A stretch of DNA of 64,000 nt from Octopus sinensis. Taxonomy: Eukaryota. Positions 1-12,341 of this stretch are shown here, one piece after another. Under the pieces are notes generated by a model. The model saw nothing but the letters and a program-made list of their open reading frames with translations. It was not told the DNA's origin and searched no databases. The position numbers and the translations under genes are program-made. Every line of letters starts with the position of its first letter. Positions within the stretch are counted from its first letter, which is position 1. The stretch covers positions 63,364,001 through 63,428,000 of the forward strand of contig NC_043003.1 of assembly GCF_006345805.1 (NCBI RefSeq). Reading direction: 5' to 3'.

Positions 1-1546
1 TGCAGTAATTCCTGATGGGCCTGGGGCTTTCCCTGTCTTCATGCTTCTAATTACCTTAGCTACCACGGAACTATCAACTCGGATAGCTGGTCCCTCTGTA
101 GGGTCAACATTCGGCAGACTCTTCTTTATCCCATTCATTTTCCTCATTCAGTAACCTTTCATAGTGGCGTCTCCAAGCTCTTCTCTTTGCATCCTCATTT
201 AGCGCAAGTGAACCATCCTCCATGCGAACACATTTCTCTCCTACCACATCACGATTCTCTCTCACACACTGTCTTGCAACACGAAATACCTCAAGTCTTT
301 CATCCTCACGGCGCAGGACATTGGCAAATTTTCTCTTATCTGCTTCCCCTCTGGCTAGATAGACCTGTCTCCTAGCTTCCCTTCTGGCAGTCTGATACCC
401 TTCCCTGCTACCACCGTTCTTCCAGGCCTTCCAAGCCTGTTTCTTTTGTCTAATAGCCCTGTCAACAATATTGTTCCACCACCACGTTATTTTGGGTCTT
501 AAGGGGACTTTGCACCAGCCACAGATCTGGTCAGCGGCTTTCAGCAGGTTGTCCCTCAGAAACGTCCAGTTGTCTTCTACCCCATGTGTAGCTATACCCC
601 CTTCCACTTCGTCAAAGGCTTCAAGTAACATATCTCTAAATCTCTGTCCATTCGCAGGGGCTTTAAGCTTCCAGACCCTTCTTCTCCATGTTGGTCGTCT
701 TCTAGTCGCCCTCTTAGTCCTGATCCTAAAGTCACTAACTACCAGTCTATGTTGTGGGGTGCATTCTTCGCCTGGGAAGGTTTTGGCATTTTTAAGCAGC
801 CATCTTTCCCTTTTTCTGGCAAGGATGTAGTCGATTTGGCTAGTATGCCGGCCCGATCGGTAGGTGACCAGGTGGCTTGTTGGTTTCCTGAAGTTAGTGT
901 TGCAGACCATAAGACTATTCGCATCGCAGAACTCCAGCAGCCTGGTTCCCTCCTCGTTGCGGGAACCATAACCGTAGCCTCCATGTACGCCATGGAAGCC
1001 CCCAGCATGTCGTCCAACATGCCCATTGAAATCACCAGCCACAAAGAGAAGGTCCCTGTCGTTCGTCGATGAGGTGGTCTGCAGTAGGGTGTCATAGAAA
1101 CTGTCTTTCTGTCCATCGGGTAGCCCTGGCTGAGGGGCATAGGCCGATATAATGGTTGCTAATCTATTATGAAGCACTATTCTAATCTTAAGTATTCTGT
1201 CACTTACTCTGATTACCTCAATTACTCTATCTATCCATTTCTCAGCGATAATTAATCCCACGCCACCAACCCCGTCAGTGTTCCCTGCCCAGAAAATCTT
1301 GTACCTGTGTCCCTTGCCTGTGAGGACCCTAGCAGATCCTCCTCTCCACCTTATTTCTTGCATACAACATACATCAACACGTCTCCGTTCAAGCATCTCG
1401 ACTATCTCGCCAGACCTACCTTTCAATGTGCCAACGTTGAGGGTGCCTACCCTGAGGGTGTGGGAGGTGTGGGCCTCTGAGACCCTGGGATGAGGGGCCG
1501 CAGTGTTCTGTACCTGAAAAGAAAGCTTGCATTTGCCAGATATCAT
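1..1546 (-). pseudogene. RTE-clade LINE ORF: APE endonuclease domain and start of RT region, frameshifted near nt 104-125 and continuing off the window
   Basis: The 480-aa ORF has APE motifs LRVGTLNVGTL, CMQEIRW, ISAYAPQ, AGDFNGHVG and SQIDYIL. Nt 1-103 read DPTEGPAIRVDSSVVAKVIRSMKTGKAPGPSGITA (RTE RT N-terminus) in a shifted frame. Confidence 0.92.
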
Positions 1547-2189
1547 ACTGAGACTCTAGACTACAACCTGCATAAATTTCAAAGTTCTTGCGCTATATGA
1601 TCACAATAAACCCTACATAGGGGTGCGGGGGGTCAAGAAAGATAGATAGAAAACAGAAACTTCCGGTTCTGGTAGAGGGGTGGGAGGGCTGGGTCACCTC
1701 CAAGGAACAACAGGTTTTAAGTTAATACGTAGGGAATTTTCTGCGACAGAAATTACTGAACATCTAGAAACTTCGGGGTTCGATTAAAACATAATATAAA
1801 TAGGAGAGAGGGAGAATATTGTAGTGAATTCTGGGGATGGAATAACAACGGGATGACACTGAAATTAAAGGAGGAATTTAAAATGCATGACAGACAGGAA
1901 GCCATGCATACAAGATGGCGAAACAAATAATAGAGAAACGGGATTTAGGGTTACGAATCAACGCTTAAAAAATGAATATGAATGACAGGTTGTAAGTTAA
2001 ATTCGCTTAGCTGGTCATTTTTCGAGTCAGTGTTTTGTCAGCAAGATGTAGAATCGAGAAGAGGACGAGATAAATCGAACACTGCTTTATAAAGAGTTAG
2101 GGATTGGGGGGGGGGGGGATTATCAGGTGGAAGCATGAGGAAGAGAGAGGGGGGAAGGAAGAGAGAGAGAGAGAGCTAAGGGACAACAT

Positions 2190-2912
2190 GTTTAATTCGT
2201 AAGGAATTTTCTGCAACAGAAATTACTGAACATCTAGAAACTTCGGGGTTCGAGAAGAATGTAATATAAATAAGAGAGAGAGAAAATATTTCGTAGGGAA
2301 TTTAGGGTATCTTTGGGGAAAGGAATAACGACGAAGGAACAACAGGTTTTAAGTTAATACGTAGGGAATTTTCTGCGACAGAAATTACTGAACATCTAGA
2401 AACTTCGGGGTTCGAGAAGAATGTAATATAAATAAGAGAGAGAGAAAATATTTCGTAGGGAATTTAGGGTATCTTTGAACAACAGGTTTTAAGTTAATAC
2501 GTAGGGAATTTTCTGCGACAGAAATTACTGAACATCTAGAAACTTCGGGGTTCGAGAAGAATGTAATATAAATAAGAGAGAGAGAAAATATTTCGTAGGG
2601 AATTTAGGGTATCTTTGGGGAAAGGAATAACGACGGAGGAACAACAGGTTTTAAGTTAATACGTAGGGAATTTTCTGCAACAGAAATTACTGAACATCTA
2701 GGAACTTCGGGGTTCGAGGAGAACGTAATATAAATAAGAGAGAGAGAAAATATTTCGTAGGGAATTTAGGGTATCTTTGGGGAAAGGAATAACGACGAAG
2801 GAACAACAGGTTTTAAGTTAATACGTAGGGAATTTTCTGCAACAGAAATTACTGAACATCTAGGAACTTCGGGGTTCGAGGAGAACGTAATATAAATAAG
2901 AGAGAGAGAGAA
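2190..2912. repeat. Tandem array of ~140-163 bp units (~4.5 copies) upstream of the RTE ORF; an extra isolated partial copy lies at ~1700-1810
   Basis: The unit start ggaacaacaggttttaagttaatacgtagggaattttctgc recurs at ~1704, 2336, 2477, 2638 and 2800. Confidence 0.9.
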
Positions 2913-2933
2913 TATATATATATATATATATAT

Positions 2934-3262
2934 AAAGGAGTACTCAGTCGGTTGCGATGACGAGGGTCCCAGCTGATATGATGACCGAAACAGCTTGCTT
3001 GGGAAATTAACGTGTGAGTGGCTGAGCAATCCACAAACACATGTACCCTTAACTTAGTTCTTGGGGAGATTCAGTATGACACAGTGTGTGACAAGGCTGG
3101 CCCTTTGAAATACAGGTAATACTCATTTTTGCCTGCTGAGTGAACTGGACCAATGTAAAATAAAGTATGTTGCTCAAGAACACTACGCGTCACCGGGAAT
3201 TGAACTTACGACCTTATGATCATGAGCCAAATGCCCCTAACCACTAAGCCACACACCTTCAC
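2934..3262 (-). mobile_element. tRNA-derived SINE (family C head)
   Basis: The minus strand starts gtgaaggtgtgtggcttagtggttaggg...ggtcgtaagttcaattcccgg (A/B-box-like), followed by a conserved-type core gtgttcttgagcaac. Confidence 0.75.
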
Positions 3263-3264
3263 AT

Positions 3265-3530
3265 ATATATATATATATGTATGTATGTATGTGTTGTGTG
3301 TGTGTGTTTGTATATGTTTGTGTGTCTGTGTCCCACCCTTCCCCAATATCACTTGACAACCGATGGTGGTGTGTTTACGTCCCCGTAACTTAGTAGTTCG
3401 GCAAAAAGAGACCGATAGAATAAGTACTTGGCTTACAAACAATAAGTCCTGGGGTCGATTTGCTCGACTAAAGTCGGTGCTCCAGCATGGCTGCAATCAA
3501 ATGACTGAGACAAGTAAAAGAGTAAGAGTA
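3265..3530 (+). mobile_element. SINE family B body/3' part
   Basis: cttgacaaccgatggtggtgtgtttacgtccccgtaacttag...ggtgctccagcatggctgcaatcaaatgactgag recurs many times in the window. Confidence 0.8.
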
Positions 3531-3902
3531 TGATATTTTGATGGAAGGTCACTTTAAAAAGCAGAAAGTTTGTATCCTAGAATTAAGTACAGTATCTGGT
3601 GGGTTGGTACCAAAAGGGGACAGGCATGGCTATGAAGATACAGACTAATCCTATGGTCTTCAGTTCTCTGTCAGCACTGTCCCTTTGGGAAGTGTCTTCT
3701 ACTGCAACCTGGATCCAACCAAAGCCTTGTGAGGAAATTTGGTAAATTGGTAGATGAAAATTGTAAATGCTTTGTGGAAAAATTAACTTTCAATTTAAGA
3801 CAATGCATTTAGTATGGCAGAGGGTGGGGGGAATAGTTGATTGAATTAACTGATGGACCATAAGAGCAGAACGGCAAAGTTGACCCTGGCAGAATCTGAA
3901 TT

Positions 3903-4770
3903 AAGAATTTCTGGGACTGGCACAAGTATTCTTTTCGGCTCTAGGTACAATGCTCGAAATTTTGGGAGAGGGAGCCAGTCTATTAGATCGACACCAGTAT
4001 TCAACTGGCACTTCATTTATTGATCCCTGAAAGGATGAAAGGCAAAGTCGACCTAGATGAAATTTGAACTCAGAACATAAAGACAGGCAAAATATGGCTA
4101 AGCATTTCGCCCAGTGAGCTGGCTGAAGCATTAGCATGCCAGGTGAAATACTTAGCGGTATTTCGTCTGCCGTTACATTCTGAGTTCAAATTCCACCGAG
4201 GTTGATTTTGCCTTTCATCCTTTTGGGGTCAATAAATTAAATACCAGTTACACATTGGGTCGATCTAATCGACTTAATCCATTTGTCTGTCCTTGTTTGT
4301 CTCCTCTGTGTTTAACCCCTTGTAGGTAGTGAAGAAATAGGTATTGCATCTCTCTTTACATTCTGAGTTCAAATTCTGCCCAGGTCAACTTTGCCTTTCA
4401 TCCTTTCAGGATGGATAAATTAAGTACCAGTTGTGTACTGGGATCAAACTAATCAACTGCATCCCTGTAAAAATTTCGGGCCTTGTGCCTAGAGTAGAAA
4501 AGAAGTGAGAAAGACAAGACAGGTGAAATACCTATTTCTTTACTACCCACAGGGGGCTAGACACAGAGGGGACAAACAAGGACAGACACACGGATTAAGT
4601 CGATTACATCGACCCCTGTGCGTAACTAGTATTTAATTTATCGACCCCGAAAGGATGAAAGGTAAAGTCGACCTCAGCGGAATTTGAACTCAGAACGTAA
4701 CGGCAGACGAAATACTGCTGAGCATTTCGCCCGGCGTACTAACGATTCTGCCAGCTCGCCGCTGAGTTCA
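3903..4770. mobile_element. Cluster of four SINE family A copies (-, +, +, -)
   Basis: Repeated core gagttcaaattcc(g/a)ccgaggtcgactttgcctttcatcctttcggggtcgat in both orientations. Confidence 0.85.
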
Positions 4771-5470
4771 AATTCCACCTAGGTGAAATACCACTAATCC
4801 TTTTGCCCAGCATGCTGTTTCTACCAACTCGCTGCCTTGGGGATAGCACAAATATTGCCAAGCATTGTTCTGAGGATATGAAATGTTTTGACACTGCCAT
4901 TTTGTGCCATTTCTTTGGCATTACTGATTCAATGCTGACTAATTTGACATCAGACATTTTTAATGTTTCTCTCATTTTAATGCTTCTCTTCCTCCAGTTT
5001 TCTCTCCCGCCCTCCCACCTCTCTGTTTCTCTTTCTCATTTCTCACTTTGTGTATGTGGGTGAGAATATTTCTTTTTGTGTGTTTGAGGGGAGGGAAAGC
5101 GTTTATGCCAATCATTTTCAATTAATGAATTAAAATGTCTTTCCCTTTCTCATTCTTTCTATCTGTATTTGGATATTTCTACACACGTGTGCATGTGTGT
5201 GTGTGTCAGTGTGTGTATATATGTGTGTGTGTGAGAGTGTGTGTGTGGGTGCACTTGTGTGTATCCATATGCATGAGGTGTATGTGAGTGCATGTTTGTG
5301 TATGAGTGTGTGTGTGTGCGTGTACATGCACTTGTGTGTTCATGCATGCATGTGTGTGTGTGTGTATGTGTGCACATGTGTATGTGTGTGCATGCGTATG
5401 TGTGCACCTATGTGCACTTGTGCATTCACACATGCATGTGTGTGTGTGGTGTGTGTGTGTTCACCTCCAG

Positions 5471-5640
5471 CAGCAAATGATACTGTCGCCAAAATAGGTT
5501 CAACATCCAGCCAGCCATGCCAAACATCCAGCTCCAAAACAGCTGCTTCCATTCAATTCATTCTTTTTCCTGTTGCTGTAACAATTCTGGCAAGCCTCTA
5601 CCCAAATTTTCAACTAAGGAATCTTCCAATTGAAATCTAA
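5471..5640 (+). CDS. Candidate terminal coding exon: Ser/Thr-rich linker plus hydrophobic C-terminus (GPI-signal-like or TM-like)
   Basis: Acceptor ttcacctccag|, open frame ANDTVAKIGSTSSQPCQTSSSKTAASIQFILFPVAVTILASLYPNFQLRNLPIEI*, and AATAAA at 5657-5662. No upstream exon was identified. Confidence 0.35.
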
Positions 5641-5852
5641 TATGATGTTTTATAATAATAAAATTTTATTCCCACGTTTAAGATTAAATTTGAGCACATT
5701 AACGGAAGCAGTTTCAGACAAGGTGAATTTAAAAGGACCAAAAACTGAGATCAACAATGCCAACTGTTAAGTCAAGGAACAGAATGAATAATGTTCCCTA
5801 CCAAAAACTAATTTAATAATGATAATAATCCTTAAAATTCTAGGGGACTAGA

Positions 5853-6159
5853 TACCATTGGATACCATTTTATCTAGGAACTAAATTTAGTTCACTAGAA
5901 ACTAACTTTTCAGGTACTTCATCTATGTCTTCATCTATGTTTTTATTTAAGATTTCATTTTCATCCTTGCTGATTTTATGTATACCCGCATGTATTTAAG
6001 TATGCATACCTATATACAGGTGCAGAAGTAGCTGTGTGGTAAGAAGTTTGCTACTCAACCACATGGCTCCACATTCAGTCCCACTGCATGGCACATTGGG
6101 CTGGTGTCTTCTACTATAGTCTTGTGAGTGGTAGACGGAAAACGGGAGGAAGCCTGTCG

Positions 6160-6199
<40 letters not shown>

Positions 6200-6522
6200 A
6201 TATATATATATGTATACGACAGGCTTCCTCCCGTTTTCCGTCTACCACTCACAAGACTATAGTAGAAGACACCAGCCCAATGTGCCATGCAGTGGGACTG
6301 AATGTGGAGCCATGTGGTTGAGTAGCAAACTTCTTACCACACAGCTACTTCTGCACCTGTATATAGGTATGCATACTTAAATACATGCGGTATACATAAA
6401 ATCAGCAAGGATGAAAATGAAATCTAAATAAAAACATAGATGAAGACATAGATGAAGTACCTGAAAAGTTAGTTTCTAGTGAACTAAATTTAGTTCCTAG
6501 ATAAAATGGTATCCAAATGGTA
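5853..6522. repeat. Near-perfect ~670-bp palindrome centred on a (TA)n tract; each arm contains a SINE B head
   Basis: ORFs 6055-6288(-) and 6088-6321(+) are mirror copies. The arms differ mostly by 1-nt indels. Confidence 0.95.
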
Positions 6523-6528
6523 TATATA

Positions 6529-6592
<64 letters not shown>

Positions 6593-6623
6593 ATATATAT
6601 AGATATGTATGTATATATATACA

Positions 6624-6952
6624 TTATGGCACCTGTGCCAGTGGCACATAAAAAGCACCATCCGTACGTGGTCGATGCCAGTGCCACCTTGACTGGCTTC
6701 CATGCCAATGGCACGTAAAAAGCACCAACCAATCGTGGCTGTTGCCAGCGTCCCCTGGCACCTGTGCCAGTGGCACATAAAAAATTCTCACTACACTCAC
6801 GGAGTGGTTGGCATTAGGAAGGGCATCCAGCTGTAGAGACACTGCCAGATCAGACTGGAGCCTGGTGCAGCCTCCTGGCTTCCCAGACCCCGGTCAAATC
6901 ATCCAACCCATGCTAGCATGGAAAACGGACGTTAAACGATGATGATGATGAT
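6624..6952 (+). mobile_element. RTE-type 3' tail / non-autonomous element with tgcc-nn-ggca hairpin subrepeats and a (GAT)n tail
   Basis: ggagtggttggcattaggaagggcatccagctg...catgctagcatggaaaacggacgttaaacgatgatgatg, with upstream ggcac(a/g)taaaaagcacc repeats. Confidence 0.7.
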
Positions 6953-6954
6953 GT

Positions 6955-7192
6955 GTGTGTGTGTGTGTATTTATGTATTTGTGTGTCTATGTTTGTCCCC
7001 CACACTATTGCTTGACAACAGATTTTGGTGTGTTTACATCCACATAACTTAGCAGTCCAGCAATAGAGGCCAATAGAATAAGTACTAGGCTTACAAAGAA
7101 TAAATGCTGGGATTGATTTGTTCGACTAAAGGCGTTGCACCAGCTATGCCACAGTCAAATGAATGAAAGAAGTAAAAGAATAAAAGAATATA
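6955..7192 (+). mobile_element. SINE family B body
   Basis: Matches the body at 3265-3530. Confidence 0.75.
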
Positions 7193-7314
7193 TATATCTT
7201 TTAATGTTTTACTCACATGAGTCATGTAGCTGCGGTCATGCTGTGTATATATATATATATATCTATATATACACACACACACACACATATACATGCATAT
7301 ATATACAATATATA

Positions 7315-7358
<44 letters not shown>

Positions 7359-7396
7359 ATATATATAGATATATATACGTATATATACATATCTGT

Positions 7397-7433
<37 letters not shown>

Positions 7434-7941
7434 ATATATATATATATGTATGTGTAAATATATATATAAATATATATATATACATTATATAATACACACA
7501 CATATACATGCATATGTATGTGTATATATATCATATATATATGTATGTGTGAAATATATATATAAATATATATATACATATATATATACACACACACACA
7601 TATACATGCATATATATATATACATATATATGATGTATATATTTATATGTATATATAATATATTATATATATACACACGTATATATACATATGGGTGTAT
7701 ATATTATATATATATATATATACGTATATATACATATGTATGTATATAATATATATATATATGTATGTGTATATATATAGATAATATATATATGTGTGTA
7801 TTATATATATATATATAAAATAATATGTATATATATAATAGTTAATCCAAACATGAAAACACAAGAGAAACCACAACAACGCGAGGACGTGGAATAAGTA
7901 TAGTGTTATTGGACGCTCAGGAAAGAAAAGAAAAAAGAAGG

Positions 7942-7976
7942 ATTCAACGTTTCAAGCGAAGCTCTTCGTCAGAAAC
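7942..7976 (-). ncRNA. Minimal type I hammerhead ribozyme motif (family C element ~7841-8060)
   Basis: Minus strand: GUUU-CUGACGA-A-GAGC-UUC-GCUU-GAAAC-GUU-GAAU. The core is intact and stem I pairs with wobbles. Confidence 0.6.
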
Positions 7977-8084
7977 ATAGAAAAAGGAAAAGATCCAAGG
8001 AAGGGAAGACGGAGGAAAAAAAACGCCCATAAAGATACAAACTCGGGTCACACCACACACACACATATATATATATATACATAA

Positions 8085-8510
8085 TCATCATCATCATCGT
8101 TTAACGTCTGCTTTCCAAGCTAGCATGGGTTGGATGATTTGACTGAGGACTGGTGAACCAGATGGTTGCACCGGGCTCCAATCTGATCTGGCAGAGTTTC
8201 TACAGCTGGATGCCCTTCCTAATGCCAACCACTCCGAGAGCGTAGTGGGTGCTTTTACATGCCACTGGCACAAGTGCCAGTCAGGTGGTACTGGCAACAG
8301 CCACGCTCAAGTGGTGTTTTTTATGTGCCACCTGCACAGGAGCCAGTCTTGTGGCAATGGCAACAACCTCTCTTGAATGTTTTTCAGATGCCACTGGCAC
8401 AAGTGCCAGTGAAGTGACACTGGTAACGATCACGTTTGAATGGTGCTTTTTACTTGCCACCAGCAAGGAAGCCAGTCAGCTGCTCTGGCAGCGATCATGC
8501 TCAGATGGCA
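8085..8510 (-). mobile_element. RTE-type 3' tail element (duplicated at ~9166-9590)
   Basis: catcatcatcgtttaacgtc...ctggatgcccttcctaatgccaaccactccg, the same family as 6624-6952. Confidence 0.7.
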
Positions 8511-8518
8511 TGGATATG

Positions 8519-8743
8519 CAGAATTAGGTAAGTTGGAATATGTTTGTCACATATTTCAACTGCTAAAAGACAAATACACTGCAGTCACCATGGAGAAAAA
8601 CATCTCACCTATGGCAAAAAGTTATGAAAACACCCAATTCATTCAGTGTCGCCATCTGTTAGGAATCCCAGATACCGATGTTTCGAATTTTTTGACACTT
8701 GTCAATGAGATGTAGCTAAATATTTCAACTTACCTAATTCTGC
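8519..8743. mobile_element. MITE-like element with ~24-bp TIRs (duplicated at ~9594-9818)
   Basis: gcagaattaggtaagttggaatat ... atatttcaacttacctaattctgc. Confidence 0.55.
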
Positions 8744-8860
8744 TTATACTTACACACTGCTTTGCACTTACACTTCAATTGTGATATATATATACATATA
8801 TATATACATATATATATACATATATATACATATATATATACATATAATACATTATATATC

Positions 8861-8897
<37 letters not shown>

Positions 8898-9023
8898 ATA
8901 TATATATATATATAATATATAGTTAATCCAAACATGAAAACACAAAGAGAAACCACAACAACGCGAGGACGTGGAACAAGTATAGTGTTATTGGACGCTC
9001 AGGAAGAGAAAGAAAAAAGAAGG

Positions 9024-9058
9024 ATTCAACGTTTCAAGCGAAGCTCTTCGTCAGAAAC
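9024..9058 (-). ncRNA. Duplicate copy of the HHR motif at 7942-7976
   Basis: Same sequence within the tandem duplication. Confidence 0.6.
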
Positions 9059-9128
9059 ATAGGAAAAAGGAAAAGATCCAAGGAAGGGAAGACGGAGGAA
9101 AAAAAATCGCCAAAGATACACACACGGT

Positions 9129-9160
<32 letters not shown>

Positions 9161-9920
9161 CATAATCATCATCATCATCGTTTAACGTCTGCTTTCCAAG
9201 CTAGCATGGGTTGGATGATTTGACTGAGGACTGGTGAACCAGATGGTTGCACCGGGCTCCAATCTGATCTGGCAGAGTTTCTACAGCTGGATGCCCTTCC
9301 TAATGCCAACCACTCCGAGAGCGTAGTGGGTGCTTTTACATGCCACTGGCACAAGTGCCAGTCAGGTGGTACTGGCAACAGCCACGCTCAAGTGGTGTTT
9401 TTATGTGCCACTGCACAGGAGCCAGTCTGTGGGCAATGGCAACAACCTCTCTTGAATGTTTTTCAGATGCCACTGGCACAGTGCCAGTGAAGTGACACTA
9501 GTAACGATCACGTTTGAATGGTGCTTTTATTGCCACCAGCAAGGAAGCCAGTCAGCTGCTCTGGCAGCGATCATGCTCAGATGGCATGGATATGCAGAAT
9601 TAGGTAAGTTGGAATATGTTTGTCACATATTTCAACTGCTAAAAGACAAATTACACTGCAGTCACCATGGAGAAAAACATCTCACCTATGGCAAAAAGTT
9701 ATGAAAACACCCAATTCATTCAGTGTCGCCATCTGTTAGGAATCCCAGATACCGATGTTCGAATTTTTTGACACTTGTCAATGAGATGAGCTAAATATTT
9801 CAACTTACCTAATTCTGCTTATACTTACACACTGCTTTGCACTTACACTTCAATTGTGATATATATAACATATATATAACATATATATATACATATATAT
9901 ACATATATATATACATATAT

Positions 9921-9961
<41 letters not shown>

Positions 9962-9980
9962 ATATATATAAATACACACA

Positions 9981-10035
<55 letters not shown>

Positions 10036-10263
10036 ATATGTGTGTGTGTGTGTGTATTTATAAACATATAAAGATATATATATATTTGTATATATATATA
10101 TAATATATGTATATATGCACACATAATACATGCATGTATGTATGTGTATGCATATATATACATATGTGTATGATAATGTGTGTATATATATATATATATG
10201 TAAATGTAGTGATATATATGTATGCTATATATATAAATGTAGTGATATATAAAAATCTATTGT

Positions 10264-10296
<33 letters not shown>

Positions 10297-10316
10297 ATAT
10301 ATATATAATATATATG

Positions 10317-10347
<31 letters not shown>

Positions 10348-10363
10348 TATATATTTTTATATA

Positions 10364-10394
<31 letters not shown>

Positions 10395-10759
10395 CATATA
10401 TATAAGACAGCTATGCATGTATGTACGTATGTTAGATGTAAGAACACTCCATTTTATGTTCTTTTACTCCATTGATGTCATCTGCAATGTCTTCTCTCGT
10501 GACAAATTTCAGTATTTGGAACATAACCAAAACTTTAATAAACTCATTAATGTTCATTGAATGGGCAAACCTTTGTCTTACACTCCTATTTAGTTTTAGT
10601 TCTGGATATTCTCATTCTGAATCTATAGAATACCCGACAAAAGACTGCACATCTTTTTTGTTTTTTTTTTTTCTCAAAACATGTATTTAAAAGCAAAACA
10701 AATTCTAGAAACAAATAAGAAATTGGAACTGTTCACTGAGCTGTAGTATGCAAAACTAA

Positions 10760-10912
10760 AATAATAGTAATACTGATGATGATGATGTAGTAATAACAAT
10801 AATGATAGTAATGATAATATTAATAGTAATGATAACAATGAAAACATCAAAAAGAAGAAAAATAATAATAACATTGATGATAATAATAATGATAATAATG
10901 ATAATAATAATA

Positions 10913-10966
<54 letters not shown>

Positions 10967-11007
10967 TGATAATAATAATAATTATGATAATGATAATAAT
11001 AATAATG

Positions 11008-11073
<66 letters not shown>

Positions 11074-11075
11074 GT
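10760..11075. repeat. (AAT)n/(GAT)n microsatellite
   Basis: Direct reading. Confidence 0.95.
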
Positions 11076-11589
11076 ATAAATAAAATTAAATAGAATGTAG
11101 TAATAATAAAATATTATAGAATATGGTAATATGGTAATAATAAAATTTTTGGATTTTTTTTCTTTTATGTGGTACCCTGTATACAGTTATGAATCTTTAT
11201 AACAAAGACATACTAAAAATCAATATTTTGGCTTGACACATGACATTATTGAATCACTGTGATTAAGTATTAAGTAATTAAGATACTGGAGAGTTTGTGA
11301 GATAATATGTTTAATCTAACATCCTAGTGTATTCGGATTTACTCAGACTTCCTATGAGTTATACTTACATCTAAAGAGGTCCGTGGATCAAGTGTTTTCT
11401 TCAAGCAACTGTAAGTTAATAAAGGGACCCACTACGTGGTTGGTCAAAATGCTAGACATAGCAATCAAATTTACCACAAATCAAAGCCTTAACCCACCAA
11501 ATTAAAGTGTTAATAGGGACACCTTCAATATATATATATATACACCCATGCTAGTGTGGAAGACAGACATTAACCGATGAACAATATCT

Positions 11590-11622
11590 ATCTATCTAGC
11601 TCTCTCTCTATCTATCTCTCTC

Positions 11623-11698
<76 letters not shown>

Positions 11699-11730
11699 GC
11701 TCTCTATCTGTCTATCTATCTATTTATCTA
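11590..11730. repeat. (ATCT)n microsatellite
   Basis: Direct reading. Confidence 0.95.
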
Positions 11731-11789
11731 TCAAGGTTTATATACCCCAATATTACACTGTTTTCTAAAGTTAATGTTCAATGAAAGCA

Positions 11790-12305
11790 GGTGGTGAACT
11801 GGCAGAATTGTGAGCCTGACTGGCTTTTTGTCTGTCTTTACGTTCTGAGTTCAAATTCTGCCAAGATCAACTTAGCCTTTTATCTTTTCATGGTTGATGA
11901 AATGGGTACCAGTTGAGCACTGAGGTCAATGCTGGAGCTCTGCCTTTAGTTGAGCAAATTAACCCCAGGACTTATTCTTTGTAAGCCTAGTACTTATTCT
12001 ATCAGTCTCTTTTGCTGAACTGCTAAGTTACAGGGACATAAATGCACCAACATTTGTTGTCAAGCAATGGTGGTGGAACAAGTACAGACACACAAATACA
12101 TACACACACACATGCACACACACCACACACACACACATATGCAATAGGCTTCTTTCAGTTTCCGTCTTCCAAATCCACTCACAAGGTTTTAGTCAGCTTA
12201 AGGCTATAGTAGAAGACACTTGCCAAAGGTGCCACACAGTGGGACTGAACCTGGAATCATGAGGTTGGGAAGCAAGCTTCTTACCATACACCAACTCCTG
12301 CACCT
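11790..12305. mobile_element. SINE A fragment (+) followed by a full SINE B (-)
   Basis: Family cores as above. The SINE B head reads caggagttggtgtatggtaagaagcttgc on the minus strand. Confidence 0.75.

Positions 12306-12341
<36 letters not shown>

Larger units (their letters stand above)
7841..9858. repeat. Tandem duplication of ~940 bp (7841-8783 and 8922-9858; period 1081) separated by (TA)n
   Basis: ORFs 8094-8297 and 9175-9378 are identical, and the flanking sequences align. Confidence 0.95.

Noticed and set aside
2205-2250. HHR-like reading CUGAACA-UCUA-GAAAC-UUCGGG-GUU in the RTE-upstream tandem repeat
   Set aside because: G8 is missing, there is no stem II and no stem I pairing. Not called a ribozyme.
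2190-2912. Regularly spaced repeats suggesting a CRISPR array
   Set aside because: The units are contiguous ~160-bp tandem copies with no unique spacers, in a eukaryotic context with no cas genes.
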